DNA of 46,416 nucleotides from Dehalococcoidia bacterium (GTDB lineage: Bacteria; Chloroflexota; Dehalococcoidia; DSTF01; JACRBR01). A model generated the notes under the pieces. It was not told the DNA's origin. It saw nothing but the letters and a program-made list of their open reading frames with translations, and did not search any database. A program made the position numbers and the translations under genes. The stretch covers positions 1-46,416 of the forward strand of contig JBBSDV010000001.1 of the NCBI GenBank assembly GCA_038240335.1, written 5' to 3'. Shown piece after piece: positions 44,224 to 46,416 of this stretch; positions within the stretch are counted from its first letter, which is position 1, and each line of letters starts with the position of its first letter.

Positions 44224-46416
44224 CTAGTTGCCGAACGGCGCCGGCGGACCGAGCGGAGGCTGTGCCGGGAGCGGGTTCTGGCACGTCGAGCCGTCGCGGC
44301 CGAACACCTTCTGCAGGTCCTTGATGTCGATATCGAGGTCGTGCGTCGCCGGCTCGAGGTCGTACCACTTGCTGTACAGCAGGCTGCCGAAGAAGCCGCC
44401 ATAGCGCGTGGCGATCTGCTGTTCGTCCGTCACGTTAACGACGCAGTCGAGGTTCAGGTCGCCTTCGAGGATCCGAACCGTAACCGCCAGGTCGCCGCAC
44501 ACGGGAGTCAGACCGCCGTTAACGCTGCCCGTCACCGCGTGCCCGAAGACATCAACCAGCTCGCACCCGTTGTCCTTGATGATCGTGACCACGCCGTTGT
44601 TATTTCCCGGGAAGATGTCGTTCGTCAAGTCGGGGTGCGGGATCAGGTTCAGGCGCGCAAGGTCGAAGGCACCGGTCGGTCCCGGCACCTGGCCATTCGT
44701 CACGCAGCCGAAGCGGATGAGGTTCTCGAGAACCAGTGACATGGTGCAATCGCCGTTAATCGGGGCGCCGTTGGCGACACAACCGGCGCTTGAGCCGAGC
44801 TGTTGCACGTTGCCACGCGCCGCGCCGGCGCCAGCCGGAGAGAAGACGATATCGCACGGGTTCACCGACTGGATGACGAAGTTGTCGTATTCGACCTGGA
44901 ACTCGTAGGCGCCAAGGCCGTCTTCGATCGAGTCGCCGTTCTGGTCGCCGGTGTGCACATTGGTCGCGTGCTCCGTGACGAGGAGGTTGCCTTCACCGGC
45001 GCCGGCGCATACCCCGGTACATAGCCAGAGATTCGCCGCCGGCACGCTCTGGTTCGCGTTGCCGCTGTTGCCCTCAGGCACCTTGTTCACGCCTGGATCG
45101 CCTGGCGTGGCCGTCCCGACCGCCGTGCTCGTCGGCGTCCCGACGGTCGTGTTGGTCGCCGTTGGCGTACGCGTCGGTGTGCTGACGGGCGTGTTCGTAC
45201 TCGTCGCCGTCGCGATTGCCGTCAGGCTTCCGAGCACCTGCACTGTGCTCGTCGCTGTCAGCGTGCTTGTCGCTGTATTCGTCGCCGTCGGCGGGACGGG
45301 CGTGCTCGTCGCGGCCACGGAGGTATTCGTCGCCGTATAGGTCGCCGTCGGCGTCGGCGGCACCGGCGTGTTTGTCGGTGTGTTCGTCGCCGTCGGCGGC
45401 ACCGGCGTGTTTGTCGGTGTGTTCGTCGCCGTCGGCGGCACCGGCGTGTTTGTCGGCGTGTTCGTCGCTGTCGGCGGCACCGGGGTGTTTGTCGGCGTGT
45501 TCGTCGCTGTCGGCGGCACCGGGGTGTTGGTCGCCGTCGGTGTGCTTGTCGCGGTGTCCGTCGGCGTATTCGTGGCGGTGTTCGTCGCCGTATTCGTCGC
45601 GGTGGAGGTCGGCGGCACAGGCGTGTTCGTCGCCGTCGGAACCGGCGTATTGGTGGCTGTATTCGTCGCCGTGTTGGTCGGCGTCGACGTCGGTGGCACG
45701 GCGGTGTTCGTCGCCGTCGGCGTGTTGGTCGCGGTGTTCGTCGGCGTGTTCGTGGCCGTCGGCACCGGCGTGTTGGTCGGTGTATTCGTCGCCGTGTTGG
45801 TCGGCGTCGACGTCGGTGGCACCGCCGTGTTCGTGGGTGTGTTGGTCCGCGTCGGGGTGTTCGTCGGGGGTACAGGCGTGTTTGTCGCCGTCGGCACCGG
45901 CGTGTTGGTCGGCGTATTCGTCGCCGTGTTGGTTGGCGTCGACGTCGGTGGCACCGCCGTGTTCGTGGGTGTGTTGGTCCGCGTCGGGGTGTTCGTCGGC
46001 GGCACAGGCGTGTTTGTCGCCGTCGGTACCGGCGTGTTCGTCGGCGTATTCGTGCGCGTCGGAGTCATCGTCGCAATCCCGCTCGGCTGGAAGCTGCGAT
46101 CCTGGTTCTTGTTCCCCGCGCCGTCGACCTTCTGCGTGCGCATGTGCAGTTGACCGCCACTTCCCGATGTAGCGCCCTGCCCAACGCCCCAATAGCCGCT
46201 GTATGCAAGGTGCCCGCCCCAAACGAACTCAACAGACGAGCCGCTGTTCACGAACGTGACCACCATGTCGGCGGTACTCGCGCCGCCGCCCCAAACCGCA
46301 GGGCTGTGGACGATCGGAGAGATCGACGTGATCGTGCCGCCGTAGATGCCCAGGCAGCGCGGCTGCGCGTTCGCCGCCTCGGCGCCGGCTACCGTCAGAG
46401 CAGGCGCGGCAAAGGA
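44224..46416 (-). CDS. Large secreted PT(TNTP)-repeat protein with cohesin-like and dockerin-like C-terminal modules; N-terminus beyond the window edge
   Basis: I translated the frame of ORF 44224..46266 upstream: ...[55 protein letters not shown]..., with no stop up to 46416. About 330 aa are TNTP/VPPT repeats. The C-terminus has [17 protein letters not shown]...VVTIIKDNG (cohesin-like pattern) and then [22 protein letters not shown] ... [15 protein letters not shown] (dockerin-like duplicated segment). Confidence 0.8.
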   Translation of the reverse strand, partial: SFAAPALTVAGAEAANAQPRCLGIYGGTITSISPIVHSPAVWGGGASTADMVVTFVNSGSSVEFVWGGHLAYSGYWGVGQGATSGSGGQLHMRTQKVDGAGNKNQDRSFQPSGIATMTPTRTNTPTNTPVPTATNTPVPPTNTPTRTNTPTNTAVPPTSTPTNTATNTPTNTPVPTATNTPVPPTNTPTRTNTPTNTAVPPTSTPTNTATNTPTNTPVPTATNTPTNTATNTPTATNTAVPPTSTPTNTATNTATNTPVPTATNTPVPPTSTATNTATNTATNTPTDTATSTPTATNTPVPPTATNTPTNTPVPPTATNTPTNTPVPPTATNTPTNTPVPPTATNTPTNTPVPPTPTATYTATNTSVAATSTPVPPTATNTATSTLTATSTVQVLGSLTAIATATSTNTPVSTPTRTPTATNTTVGTPTSTAVGTATPGDPGVNKVPEGNSGNANQSVPAANLWLCTGVCAGAGEGNLLVTEHATNVHTGDQNGDSIEDGLGAYEFQVEYDNFVIQSVNPCDIVFSPAGAGAARGNVQQLGSSAGCVANGAPINGDCTMSLVLENLIRFGCVTNGQVPGPTGAFDLARLNLIPHPDLTNDIFPGNNNGVVTIIKDNGCELVDVFGHAVTGSVNGGLTPVCGDLAVTVRILEGDLNLDCVVNVTDEQQIATRYGGFFGSLLYSKWYDLEPATHDLDIDIKDLQKVFGRDGSTCQNPLPAQPPLGPPAPFGN
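45355..45530. repeat. 39-bp tandem repeat x4.5 inside the PT region (encodes [13 protein letters not shown])
   Basis: The unit cggcggcaccggcgtgtttgtcggtgtgttcgtcgccgt begins at 45355, 45394, 45433, 45472 and 45511. Confidence 0.9.
45782..46045. repeat. 132-bp near-identical tandem duplication inside the PT region (44-aa unit)
   Basis: gtattcgtcgccgtgttgg... recurs at 45782 and 45914. The protein unit [44 protein letters not shown] occurs twice. Confidence 0.85.

Overview
High-G+C (roughly two-thirds by eye), gene-dense bacterial chromosomal window. TNTP/PT-rich linkers, dockerin-type modules and the gene content weakly suggest a Chloroflexota/Thermomicrobia-like lineage. I support about 35 protein genes. 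Housekeeping genes: trxA-trxB, dapA-tsaD, alr, thiolase, tam. Regulators: CsoR, Crp/Fnr, LysR. Others: two DinB-family proteins, VOC, SDR, MFS, GT2, SGNH, ThpR, DUF429, several hydrolases. Two very large secreted proteins carry dockerin-like C-termini: a 1579-aa beta-helix/TSP3 protein and a 5'-partial PT-repeat/cohesin-like protein. A four-gene minus-strand cluster of unknown function (BNR/Asp-box protein and three hypotheticals) sits at the left edge. No rRNA, tRNA, CRISPR array, transposase or integrase was seen. Many long ORFs in the track are Arg/Asp/Gly-rich antisense artefacts of the G+C content. The most unusual signal is non-coding: almost every intergenic spacer is made of period-7 tracts (dominant unit YTGGTSR and its complement, up to 7 perfect copies) with consistent strand polarity relative to the flanking genes. 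Other points: a dispersed ~30-nt repeat family (GTCATYCWGAGCG.CAGCGAAGRATCTT); a decaying ABC-transporter locus (frameshifted permease plus a deletion scar fusing a 5'-truncated ATPase to a 3'-truncated PAP2-like gene); a canonical CsoR operator between csoR and trxAB; a translationally coupled thpR-DUF429-SGNH operon; and long, structured non-coding regions on both sides of the giant gene. All calls come from reading the sequence and ORF track and from remembered family motifs. No searches were run.
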